Origin: Myxococcota bacterium
GTDB lineage: Bacteria; Myxococcota_A; Bradymonadia; UBA7976; UBA1532
Length of the DNA stretch: 59,016 nucleotides
Reading direction: 5' to 3'
NCBI GenBank assembly: GCA_036337435.1
Contig: JAYZEG010000088.1
Coordinates: forward strand, 1 to 59,016
The position numbers were made by a program, and so were the translations under genes. Of this stretch, positions 27,706 through 37,400 are shown piece by piece. The notes beneath the pieces were generated by a model. That model was not told the origin of the DNA, made no database searches, and saw only the letters and a program-made list of their open reading frames with translations. Numbering within the stretch: the stretch's first letter is position 1; every line of letters begins with the position of its first letter.

Positions 27706-28480
27706 GTTGATTTCTGTATTGATGGTCTATTACTGCCTTGGATGCGGCGGTGGCCCGGACACTCGGTCCTCGTCAGGTGTACCAGAGGTGGGTCAATTAA
27801 CACCTGAGAAACGGACCAGTGTACGCCACTCTCTTATCAAAACACTTCTTGATAGCCATGCCTATGACAGCGCGGTTCCCTTGATTAATCAGGCCTTAAA
27901 AGACGTACCTAACGATGCCCGGCTGCACGGTTTTCGTGCCACAGTTCTCCGTGAGCGTGGCCGCTTAGAACAAGCCCTGTCGGTCTACACCCTTGCCTTG
28001 AAGTTCGATCCAAAGCTTGCGGAAGCGCATGCAGGACGGGGGATCGTTTTGAATCTTCTCGGTCAGCACGACAAGGCAACTCGAGCTCATCAGAGGGCGA
28101 CCAAACTGACGCCCGACCATAGTGCTCGACTCAACAATCTTGGATTTTCACTCTATTTGCAGAGGAATTACCAGGAGGCGGTGGATGCCTATGAAGCGGC
28201 CATTAAGGTTGATTCGCGTGCGCGGGTCACCTTCATAAATCTGGGATTTGCTCTCGCTGCATTGGGCCAGGAGGCGAAGGCTAAGCGTGCGTTCGGACAG
28301 GTTCTCGACGAAGCAGGGATTCTCAACAATCTTGCCTTGGCTCAAGAGCTTAAAGGCGACCCAAATGCGGCTCGGACACTATACAAGCAAGCCCTCATCA
28401 CTGACCCAAAGAATCAAGATGCTGCTCAGAACCTAGAGGCACTGGGCGCAGAATCTTCCGCTCAAAAGGAGACGAACTGA
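27698..28480 (+). CDS. tadD: TPR lipoprotein, TadD-like pilotin
   Basis: GGAG RBS before GTG 27698; lipobox CLGC; several TPR motifs (LNNLGFSL, FINLGFAL, LNNLALA). Confidence 0.78.
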   Translation: MIRLISVLMVYYCLGCGGGPDTRSSSGVPEVGQLTPEKRTSVRHSLIKTLLDSHAYDSAVPLINQALKDVPNDARLHGFRATVLRERGRLEQALSVYTLALKFDPKLAEAHAGRGIVLNLLGQHDKATRAHQRATKLTPDHSARLNNLGFSLYLQRNYQEAVDAYEAAIKVDSRARVTFINLGFALAALGQEAKAKRAFGQVLDEAGILNNLALAQELKGDPNAARTLYKQALITDPKNQDAAQNLEALGAESSAQKETN

Positions 28481-28785
28481 TGCAAAAAAACAAATTGATT
28501 TTACTCATCGGTGCGGCTGCAATGTTGCTTTTACCGGGTTGTGCGAGCCGAGACACGCTGGTTCCAGAGAGCGGGCGAGCTTATCGCATGCTCTTTGCCA
28601 TTCAGGCTCAAAAACGGTCGGCGATGAAGGTGGCCCCGCTGACTGCAACAGAGGCCAAGATCATTCTCGATGACTACGAAGGACTTGGGCAGGGTCGGCG
28701 CTCTCGGCGTGGGTCGACGCGCCGCTCGACCTCGTCACGGCCGCAGCAATCAGGTCGCTTAGGCCGAGTAAGGCGCATCGATTAA
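28480..28785 (+). CDS. Small Tad-associated lipoprotein with Arg-rich tail
   Basis: AAGGAG RBS; lipobox LPGC; GRAYRMLFAIQ motif; overlaps both neighbours. Confidence 0.65.
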   Translation: MQKNKLILLIGAAAMLLLPGCASRDTLVPESGRAYRMLFAIQAQKRSAMKVAPLTATEAKIILDDYEGLGQGRRSRRGSTRRSTSSRPQQSGRLGRVRRID

Positions 28786-30164
28786 TGGTGAGGCGCCTTC
28801 CTAAGTCCAATGGGCGCAGAATTAAAGCGGCTGAGCGCGGTTCTGTTGTGATCATCACGGTCGCTTGGACTGTGCTCGCCCTTTTTGTCCTTGGTGCAAT
28901 CGGCTATTTCCACGGTTTGGCATCCTTGGAACGGCTGCGGGCTCAGGTGCGCTCCGATGCGTTGGCCCTCGGGTCTGCGGAAGCGTTTCGGATGTATGGG
29001 CTCAATCACCGATGCGATATCGATTATGGAGGCGAGTTCATCAATGAACTCCACACCTTAAATGGGGGCGAGGGGTTGGCCCCCTGTCCTGTGGGCGAGC
29101 CAAAAAATGAAGACCGTTGGATGCTGTATGCATTTCAAGACAGTCAGGTCGGCCGGATAGAAGGGCAATTCGGGCAGTGGGGGGTCGATACTGAAATTAC
29201 CCGCCGCGGGCGTGCCATGAGGCTCTATGAGCTGGTCACCGATTACGATGATTTCTTTCCCATTTACCCGAATGTTGAGTTGGTCTTGGACTATTCGGCG
29301 TCCATGGAAGATCCCATGACAGACGGAAGTGATCGGACCCGGATTGAGCAATTGCGCACGGCACTCACAGAATTCTTGAGGCGAGCCCGCAATGTCAATG
29401 TTGGCTTGACGCTGTTTGCGACAGGAACGGTCGCCAGTCGGCGTATTCGAGAGCTGACGTTTAACCAAAGAGGCATTTTGACACGTGCTATCAATGAAAA
29501 CGACCCGCCCTTTGATGAGGTCAATGGGAAGACCAACTACGCTGAAGGCCTACGTGTGGCGAGAAATAAACTCATCGGTGAGCGATGGGGGGCGCGAATC
29601 ATTTTCTTTGTGTCCGATGGCAAGCCCACTGTGCCAAGCCCTGCAGAAGGGCCTCAGAGGGCGCGAAACATGGCTGATAATGTCAAACGTTCTGTTGATC
29701 AGATCTGGGGTTTGTACGTTGGCGACCGTGATGGCGAAGGCGTGATGAGATATATCGTGACCGATCCCAATCAGAACCTGCTGACCAATAATACACCAGA
29801 GGCCTATCAAGACTTTTTCCGGAATTTCGCCTTCGATTACGTATGTCGGCTGGAAATCCCCGTTGACCGCAGTTTGGACGGTGGTTTTCCCGCCGAGCGG
29901 ACAACGGCGTGGATTCGGCGGCGAAATGCGGTCGGTGGCCCAGGTATTCCGTTAGAATACGTGCCCAACCAAGACTTACTTTTTGAAGAAAATAACCAAG
30001 ATGTACACCTGAGGTTTCGATACACAATTTTCGTCCCCGATGGAGAAGACGAACTCTATGTCCACATCAGTCAGGGGGCATGCGAACAGCTCTTGGACAG
30101 GAACTACGAATTTGTCTTTAGAGCAGGCTATACCATGTTGGCTGCTCTCAATGCTGAACTCTAG
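28785..30164 (+). CDS. tadG: TadG-like pilus tip protein with vWA domain
   Basis: ERG/SVV pilin-like N-terminus plus TM helix; MIDAS elements LDYSASM, TNY, VSDG. Confidence 0.78.
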   Translation: MVRRLPKSNGRRIKAAERGSVVIITVAWTVLALFVLGAIGYFHGLASLERLRAQVRSDALALGSAEAFRMYGLNHRCDIDYGGEFINELHTLNGGEGLAPCPVGEPKNEDRWMLYAFQDSQVGRIEGQFGQWGVDTEITRRGRAMRLYELVTDYDDFFPIYPNVELVLDYSASMEDPMTDGSDRTRIEQLRTALTEFLRRARNVNVGLTLFATGTVASRRIRELTFNQRGILTRAINENDPPFDEVNGKTNYAEGLRVARNKLIGERWGARIIFFVSDGKPTVPSPAEGPQRARNMADNVKRSVDQIWGLYVGDRDGEGVMRYIVTDPNQNLLTNNTPEAYQDFFRNFAFDYVCRLEIPVDRSLDGGFPAERTTAWIRRRNAVGGPGIPLEYVPNQDLLFEENNQDVHLRFRYTIFVPDGEDELYVHISQGACEQLLDRNYEFVFRAGYTMLAALNAEL

Positions 30165-30191
30165 GGTCGCCCGTCGCCCGCATTCGCTTCA

Positions 30192-30665
30192 TTAAAGACT
30201 ATAGGAATAGCCGATATAACCGCGCTTTAAATAGCTGCAGTACGGCCGCAAGGTTTTGTTTTCGGTCGGCACGAACAGTGCTTCAAATCGGCAATAAGAC
30301 ACCCCGTTTTTGACCGTTTTTTTCGCCCCATCCGGACAGCTGTAAGCCGGTTTTTTTGGCCGCTTTTTGCTGACCCAAGAAAAACCCAGAACACCCTGAT
30401 CTAGCCCATCGCAGTCGGGTGTGACATCGGCCTTTGGGAGAGTGAGTTTTGTCTTAAGACAATAGATGGTTGTCTTGGATAAGCTTATGGCAAAGGCCTT
30501 CGGGCATCGCTGTGCAGCTAAGGTCTTCATAAACGCAGCGGGCGACGAGATTTCTGCCCATCCAAGCTTTGCTTGACTCGGACCAACCATGCAGCACGGG
30601 GCTATGAAAAACAGCATGAAAGCCAGACAACGCGACAGATTTTGAGTCGAATTGGGAGACCGCAT
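30192..30665 (-). CDS. Hypothetical secreted Cys-containing protein
   Basis: GAGGGG RBS; signal-like N-terminus; internal repeat G(V/Y)(L/I)G(F/Y)S(W/Y); upstream TTGCTC-16-TATAAT on the minus strand. Confidence 0.55.
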   Translation of the reverse strand: MRSPNSTQNLSRCLAFMLFFIAPCCMVGPSQAKLGWAEISSPAAFMKTLAAQRCPKAFAISLSKTTIYCLKTKLTLPKADVTPDCDGLDQGVLGFSWVSKKRPKKPAYSCPDGAKKTVKNGVSYCRFEALFVPTENKTLRPYCSYLKRGYIGYSYSL

Positions 30666-30836
30666 TTTTCCCCTCAGGCGAACTTAAATCACCGCATTAT
30701 AGCTAAATTGGGGACCGGAGCAATGGGGCTGTCAACGGCTTGGCTGGCAGCGAAACGCGATAGGTCTATTCGGCAGGCAGTCAAAGCTGAAGAAATCTGT
30801 TTGACAACAGGTCCGCAGAACGTATTTATCCAACCC

Positions 30837-31706
30837 ATGGACTCTCTGTGCAAAAATGACGACGCGTATTCGGTTGTGATCCCGACCTACAATCGTGTTC
30901 ATACACTCCGGCGAGCACTCGACTCGGTTTTTGCCCAGACCAGAGCAGCGCAGCGGGTGATCGTGGTCGATGATGGCTCAACAGATGAGTCCGCCACAAT
31001 GATGGAAACGCACTACCCGACGGTGACTTTGATCAGACAAGAGAATCAGGGTGTCAGTGCGGCTAGAAATCGTGGTCTTTCCATGGTTGATACACCGTGG
31101 ATTGCTTTCCTCGATTCAGATGACGAATGGCTCCCGCAAAAAATGGCTCGTCAATTCGCGGCACTCAATGAACAACCCCATTTTGCTTTCTGCCACACGG
31201 AAGAAATTTGGATCCGTAACGGCGTTCGCGTCAATCAGATGAAGAAACATCAGAAATCCGGCGGTGACGTCTTTCGGCGAAGCCTGCAATTGTGCTGCAT
31301 CTCCCCGTCAAGTGCACTGATTCACCGGCGGTTATTCGACGTCTATGGTTGCTTCGATGAAGGACTGCCCGCGTGCGAAGATTATGATCTCTGGCTTCGG
31401 ATATGTGCCCATGAACCGGTGTTGTTCATCGACCAACCCATGATCATAAAATATGGAGGCCATGACGACCAATTATCTCGCCTCCATTGGGGCATGGATC
31501 GCTTCCGGATTAAGGCTTTAGAGTCGCTTCTCGAAACCGGGCAACTGAACCCGGTCCAAACCCAGCAGACTCATCGGGTTCTCATGGCCAAGCTCAAGGT
31601 TTTGCTCAATGGGGCTCGCAAACGTGGTAATCAAGAGGTCTTAAGCCTATACGGTGAGAAACATACCTTATGGGACGGTTTTTTGGAGTCGATGGATGAA
31701 ATTTGA
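30837..31706 (+). CDS. Glycosyltransferase family 2
   Basis: VVIPTYNR, VVDDGSTD, NQGVSAARNRG, FLDSDD, EDYDLWLR; distinctive EEIWIRNGVRVN and KYGGHDDQLS motifs. Start placed at ATG 30837 because the longer track ORF overlaps the divergent gene. Confidence 0.9.
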   Translation: MDSLCKNDDAYSVVIPTYNRVHTLRRALDSVFAQTRAAQRVIVVDDGSTDESATMMETHYPTVTLIRQENQGVSAARNRGLSMVDTPWIAFLDSDDEWLPQKMARQFAALNEQPHFAFCHTEEIWIRNGVRVNQMKKHQKSGGDVFRRSLQLCCISPSSALIHRRLFDVYGCFDEGLPACEDYDLWLRICAHEPVLFIDQPMIIKYGGHDDQLSRLHWGMDRFRIKALESLLETGQLNPVQTQQTHRVLMAKLKVLLNGARKRGNQEVLSLYGEKHTLWDGFLESMDEI

Positions 31707-32535
31707 ACCGCGTCTCGTTTGGTTAGTTGCCCTGCCCGCAGAGGCGCGTCCCCTGTGTCAATTGTTCGGTCTTGCTCCATCCCGGCATCCGTCGCCTTTT
31801 CCAACTTTTTTCTCGGCCAGCGGGCGTGAGCTGCTTGTGGTCAGCGGGCTCGGTCGCAATCTGGGGGCTGCTGCCGCGATGCATGCCTACCATGAATTGG
31901 GTGGGGGCGCTCATATCGCTTGGCTGAATGTGGGCATTGCCGGGCATGCCAGTCACCCCATCGGTTCGGCTTGGATGGTTAATCAAATCATCGAGTACAG
32001 CAGCGGTGCCCGGTATTATCCGCAGTCGGTCATCAGACATCCCTTTCAGTCGAACAATTTGACGACGGTTGATGTGCCACAAGAAACAATGGTCGACACC
32101 TCCCTCTACGATATGGAAGCCTCCAGCTTCTTCCAAATCGCGAGTCGGCTATCGTCCAGTGAACTGGTGTCCGTCGTTAAAATCGTATCGGACCATGGCG
32201 TGGATAAATCGTCTTTTCCATCTCGGAAGCAAGTCGGTCGCTGGATAGAAAACCATGGGGCAAGCTTACGCCAGTTGGCGGATTCAATGCTTGTTCTCTC
32301 AGGAGAAGAAGCACAACGCATTGAGCCCGTCGAACTCGATCTCGACGGGATCAATCTTCACTTTACCGTCGCACAACAGCACCAGTTGAAAACCATTTGT
32401 CGCCGCTGGAATGCCCTCGGGCTTCCGGGCTCCCCGCTGGGTACGGTAAATACATATTCGACGGCATCAGACGCGCTGACAGGCCTTCGTCGTCTGGTTG
32501 ATAATGAGGTTATCGATTGGACTCAAAATGAGTAA
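31696..32535 (+). CDS. Nucleoside phosphorylase / MTA-SAH nucleosidase-like protein (PNP_UDP_1 fold)
   Basis: VALPAEA, VSGLG, LNVGIAG, DMEASSF, KIVSD. Confidence 0.8.
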   Translation: MKFEPRLVWLVALPAEARPLCQLFGLAPSRHPSPFPTFFSASGRELLVVSGLGRNLGAAAAMHAYHELGGGAHIAWLNVGIAGHASHPIGSAWMVNQIIEYSSGARYYPQSVIRHPFQSNNLTTVDVPQETMVDTSLYDMEASSFFQIASRLSSSELVSVVKIVSDHGVDKSSFPSRKQVGRWIENHGASLRQLADSMLVLSGEEAQRIEPVELDLDGINLHFTVAQQHQLKTICRRWNALGLPGSPLGTVNTYSTASDALTGLRRLVDNEVIDWTQNE

Positions 32536-33529
32536 GCGAATCTATGTCGAACGCAGCGTAGCCGACCATCCCCGCACCCGTGCCGTGCTCAAACGATATC
32601 CGCGGGCATCCATCATTGAAATCGAGCGGTACGGCGAAGTGTTCAATCGGCGAAATCAAAATTTTCGATTACAGAAAAAACAGCCAGCCCTGATCTTGGC
32701 CGACAAGTTTTCCTCACGAGTCTTGCCCACACCGCCTGGCTACGGAATCGGAGGCGAGAACAACTTTTACTTCTCCCACCTTCTCAATTGTGTCTACGAC
32801 TGCCGTTACTGTTTCTTGCAGGGCATGTATCGGTCGGCCAATTATGTTTTATTCGTCAATTACGAGGATTTTTTCGACGACATTGAGGCGCAGTTGGCGC
32901 GTTTGCCAGACCAGGACCACTATTTTTTCTCCGGCTACGATTGCGATTCACTAGCCATGGAGTCTCTCACAGGCTTTGTAGAGGCTGCTCTGCCCTTTTT
33001 TAGGGCAAGACCAAGGGCATGGCTTGAGTTGAGGACTAAAAGCGTTCAAACCCGGCCGCTCGTCGATTCAGCTCCGTTTAAAAACTGTGTTGTCGCGTAC
33101 AGTTTGACACCCGATACGGTGGCACAGGCTGTTGAACATAAGGCCCCAACCGTGAAACGTCGTATCGATGCAATGGCTCAGTTGGCCCAGCAAGGCTGGT
33201 CCATCGGGCTGCGTTTCGATCCGTTAATTTACGGGGCCAATTGGATGGACAATTATCGGCGGCTTTTCGATGCGGTCTTTACAGCTGTACCACGAAATCG
33301 GATTCATAGCGTAAGCTACGGTCCATTGCGGTTTCCGAAGAAAATGTACAAAGATATCGTAAGCTTATATCCAGATGAAGCCTTGTTTTCTGGTGCGATG
33401 CACCTTCAGAATGGTATGGTGGCGTACCCTGACGGAATCGAGTCTGACATGGCTGCATACTGTTCAGACCAGTTGCGTGCCTATCTGGATGATTCCATCT
33501 TTTTTCAATGTTTACCCGAGGTGCGATGA
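32528..33529 (+). CDS. Spore photoproduct lyase-like radical SAM protein
   Basis: NCVYDCRYCFLQ (CxxxCxxC), FVN, GYDCDSL, ELRTKS, SLTP, E...P....RI, RFDPLI, G.LRF. Confidence 0.85.
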   Translation: MSKRIYVERSVADHPRTRAVLKRYPRASIIEIERYGEVFNRRNQNFRLQKKQPALILADKFSSRVLPTPPGYGIGGENNFYFSHLLNCVYDCRYCFLQGMYRSANYVLFVNYEDFFDDIEAQLARLPDQDHYFFSGYDCDSLAMESLTGFVEAALPFFRARPRAWLELRTKSVQTRPLVDSAPFKNCVVAYSLTPDTVAQAVEHKAPTVKRRIDAMAQLAQQGWSIGLRFDPLIYGANWMDNYRRLFDAVFTAVPRNRIHSVSYGPLRFPKKMYKDIVSLYPDEALFSGAMHLQNGMVAYPDGIESDMAAYCSDQLRAYLDDSIFFQCLPEVR

Positions 33530-34230
33530 GTCGACAGCGAACCATCCTAGTGACCGGCAGCTCCAGCGGAATTGGGGAGGCCATCGTAGGCAGGCTGCTC
33601 GCTGATGGTCACCGTGTCATCGGCGTGGCGAGACGAGTTCAGGTGCATGATCCCGAGCATGCCTTTAAGGGCGTTTCCATCGATCTCTCTGCCATCGATG
33701 ACCTGCCCCGTCGACTCGCGCGAGTCGTCAAGGATAACCCGTCTATCGATGGTGTGATCAGCTGCGCCGGTGCTGGTCTTTTCGAGCCTTTGGAGTCTGT
33801 TTCGGCAGACCAAGTGAATGCGTTTTTCCGCTTAAATCTCTTAGCTCATGTCCACTTGGCGAGAGTATGCCTACCTCATCTTAAAAAAATTGGATTAGGT
33901 GACTTCATTTTCATGGGGTCAGAATCGGCTCTCAGGGGAGCTAAGAAAGGCGCGCTTTACTGCACGGCGAAATTTGGTCTGAGGGGGCTCGCTCAGTCTT
34001 TGAGGGCTGAGTGTAGCTCGAAAAACGTGCGGGTCTCGCTGATCAACCCAGGCGTTGTGCGCAGCCCATTCTTCGAGCAGCAACGATTTCGGCCTGGCCC
34101 AGCATCGGAGCATGCCATTGAGCCAAGCGATGTCGCTGATGTGGTCTCATCTATTCTGACTATGCGACCCGGCACGGTGATCGATGAGGTCAACTTAACA
34201 CCGCTCAAACACGTCTTGGAGTTTGACTAG
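33526..34230 (+). CDS. SDR family oxidoreductase
   Basis: VTGSSSGIG, CAG, catalytic S and YCTAK, INPG; ATGA overlap with the radical SAM gene. Confidence 0.92.
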   Translation: MSRQRTILVTGSSSGIGEAIVGRLLADGHRVIGVARRVQVHDPEHAFKGVSIDLSAIDDLPRRLARVVKDNPSIDGVISCAGAGLFEPLESVSADQVNAFFRLNLLAHVHLARVCLPHLKKIGLGDFIFMGSESALRGAKKGALYCTAKFGLRGLAQSLRAECSSKNVRVSLINPGVVRSPFFEQQRFRPGPASEHAIEPSDVADVVSSILTMRPGTVIDEVNLTPLKHVLEFD

Positions 34231-34387
34231 TCGATTCCAAACCGGTCGGACTTTCGCCTCTCGTTTTTCAATCCATATCCCGCGATTGCACTCGCTGCAG
34301 ACCGCGACGAGGTCGATTCCGCACCGGCCAAATAGACGGCCCTCGTTTTCCAATCCATGTCCCGGGATTTGCCTCGCCGCAGACCGC
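34230..34387 (+). repeat. Degenerate non-coding tandem repeat, 82-bp period, 2 copies
   Basis: 34230-34305 and 34312-34387 align without gaps at 58/76 positions by manual count. Confidence 0.8.
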
Positions 34388-34434
34388 CAGATCATAGTAC
34401 CGTAGTGCGGTGAGACAAAATCGCGGGAGACAAA

Positions 34435-37400
34435 GTGATCAGGTTTTCATTTCACGCCGGTCAATCCGAGCAGTTCTGCGCTTATTTAAGCCTATTTTTG
34501 ATTGCCATCTGCTGTGGCTGCGGGAGCGAGACGGCGTCTACGTCTGAACCTGATGCGATGACGCCGGACGTCGCGATCAGCGCTGAATGTGGAAACGGTC
34601 AGGTCGAAGGTGATGAAGAGTGCGATGATGGCAACTCGGTTGAGACAGACGCTTGCTTGAATAACTGTCTCCGAGCGCGCTGTGGTGATGGCATCGTCCA
34701 TGCCGACAATGAACTTTGCGACGATGGCAATCAGAACGATGGCGATGAATGTAGAAATAATTGTTCGCCTGCCAGTTGCGGTGACGGTGTCGTGCAAGTG
34801 GGGGTAGAAGAGTGTGATGACGGCAATCAATCGGACACGGATTCGTGCCTTCCGACCTGTGTCGCCGCGCGCTGTGGAGATGGCATCGTCCACATCGGAA
34901 CGGAAGATTGCGATGATGCCAACGATGTCAATGAGGACGAGTGTAAGAACGATTGTCGCGCAGCGCGGTGCGGAGACGGCGTTGTACAAGACGGTGTCGA
35001 AGCGTGTGATGATGGCAACAACTTGATGACCGATGGGTGCTTAAACAACTGCGTCCTTGCTCAATGTGGCGATGGAATTGTCCATGTCGGCGTCGAGGAC
35101 TGTGATGATGGAAATACGGACGAGACAGATGGCTGTTTGACGGGATGTCAAGCCGCGCGATGCGGTGATGGTATCGTCCATGAGGGCACCGAAGAATGCG
35201 ATGATGGTAACAATGAAAATGCTGACGATTGCCTCAATAATTGTCGGTTTGCCCAGTGTGGTGATGGCGTAATTCAAATCGGTATAGAGGATTGTGATGA
35301 TGGAAATGACGATGATTCAGATGCGTGTCCGTCAACCTGTACCCAAGCATACTGTGGTGACGGCTTCGTTCGAGAGGGGCGTGAGGAATGCGACGACGGA
35401 AACGGCATAGAGACCGATGATTGTCCGTCCACCTGTCAGGTTGCGCGGTGTGGAGATGGACTCCTGTGGGCCGGTGTCGAGGACTGTGATGATGCCAACG
35501 ATATTGACACGGATGCATGCCGCTCAAACTGTCAAGCGGCCAGGTGCGGCGATGGCATAATCCACGCTGGGTTCGAGGTTTGTGACGATGCCAACGACTT
35601 CAACGGTGACGCGTGTACCAACGAGTGCGAGTCGGCAACCTGCGGCGATGGGTATGTGTTCGTCGATGTTGAAGAATGCGATGATGGCAACGCGGTTGAA
35701 ACCGACTTATGTCGAACCGATTGCTCCCTCGGCGTTTGCGGTGATGGCGTGGTTATCCAGGGGGTAGAAGAGTGTGATGACGGCAACGTGGACGATTCCG
35801 ATGATTGTTTAAATAGTTGCGAGGCCGCCCGTTGCGGCGACGGAATCATACGCGTCGGCGTGGAAGAATGTGACGATCAAAACCGTCGAGACGATGATGG
35901 GTGCCGGAATACCTGCGAGCGTGCCCGCTGCGGTGACGGCATTATCCGAGTCGATGTTGCCCCTGACGATCCACGATTCGAGGAATGTGACGATGGCAAT
36001 GGAGTCGATACGGACGCCTGCTTGAACACGTGTCGGTCTGCTGCTTGTGGTGATGGTGTCATCCGTGCAGGCCGAGAAGAATGCGATGATGGCAATCTAT
36101 CGAACACCGACAGTTGCTCGAATCGCTGTCGATCAGCCTATTGCGGCGATGGGATTCTGCGGACCGATCTTGAGCCGACGGATGAACTGTATGAAGCCTG
36201 CGATGATGGTAATTTGGAGAATGATGATGCTTGCCTTGTGAATTGCCAAGTCAGTCGGTGCGGTGATGGTTTCGTCAATTTGGAGACCGAGGAATGCGAC
36301 GATGAAAACCTAGATGATAACGATCCTTGCTTAAGCACGTGTGTTGTAAACGTCTGTGGTGATGGATTCGTACGTCCAGATCAAGAAAGTTGCGATGACG
36401 GCAACGACATAGAAACCGACGCTTGTTTGAGCACCTGTGTCGTCGCATCTTGTGGCGATGGATTTATTCAGGACGGGGTCGAGGCATGCGACGATAATAA
36501 TCGAAATGACGACGATGGCTGTTTGAACACCTGTACCCTGGCCCGTTGCGGTGATGGCGTTCGACGAACTGACGTCGATTCTGATAATCCCGATTTTGAA
36601 GCTTGTGATGATGGAAATGACATTGAGCAGGATGGGTGTAAGACCGATTGCCAAGTGGCCACCTGTGGCGACGGGGTTGTGCGTGCGGATTTGCCCTTTG
36701 AATCGCCAGACTTTGAAGAGTGCGACGACGGCAATGATAACGATAATGATGGGTGCAAACGAGATTGCTCGTCTAATGTCTGTGGTGACGGTTTTGTGTA
36801 CCTAGGTATCGAAGATTGCGACGATGGCAATGAAATTGATACCGACAGCTGTTTGACGGGCTGCATCAACGCTCAGTGTGGTGATAACATCGTCCAATTT
36901 GGTGCAGAAGATTGCGATGACGGCAACTTGGATGACGGTGACGATTGCCTGAGTGGGTGCCGATTTCCTCATTGCGGTGATGGGTATCTCCGACGAGGCG
37001 TCGAAGACTGCGATGATGGCGACGTCGATAACACCGATGAATGTGTCGAGGGTTGCCGCACGGCAGCGTGCGGAGATGGGTTTGTCTACGACGGGGTTGA
37101 GGAATGCGATGATGGCAACAATATCAACACCGACAGTTGCCTGAGTGACTGTACGAACGCGGTGTGTGGAGATGGAATTATCCACGCTGGTGTTGAAGAC
37201 TGTGACGATGGCAATCTCACCGATGGTGATGGGTGTGAGTCCAATTGTACAACCTGTGCAGCAATGGGGTTCGATGGAACCGGGCAACACGTCTCAATTC
37301 GTCGCCCGGACAATATTTTCTACTTTGAGTCCGTCACTGTCGAGGCATGGATTCGTTGGGACGGGCGTGCTTTGCCTCATCCATGGTCCGTTGTTGCCGG

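Noticed and set aside
19470..30164. Calling this locus the Kil contact-killing system
   Set aside because: No FHA-domain components are visible and the gene organisation differs; phylogeny is needed.
30573..30836. N-terminal extension of the GT2 ORF in the track
   Set aside because: It overlaps the divergent gene and its promoter region; GT2 motifs begin only after Met 30837.
32528..33529. Calling this gene splB
   Set aside because: It differs at the Tyr99 and Cys141 equivalent positions, has no splA or sporulation context, and sits in a biosynthetic-looking operon.
34585..37260. ~96-bp periodicity that might be a CRISPR or DNA repeat array
   Set aside because: It is an in-frame protein repeat with synonymous divergence. 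There is no identical repeat/unique spacer pattern and no cas genes.
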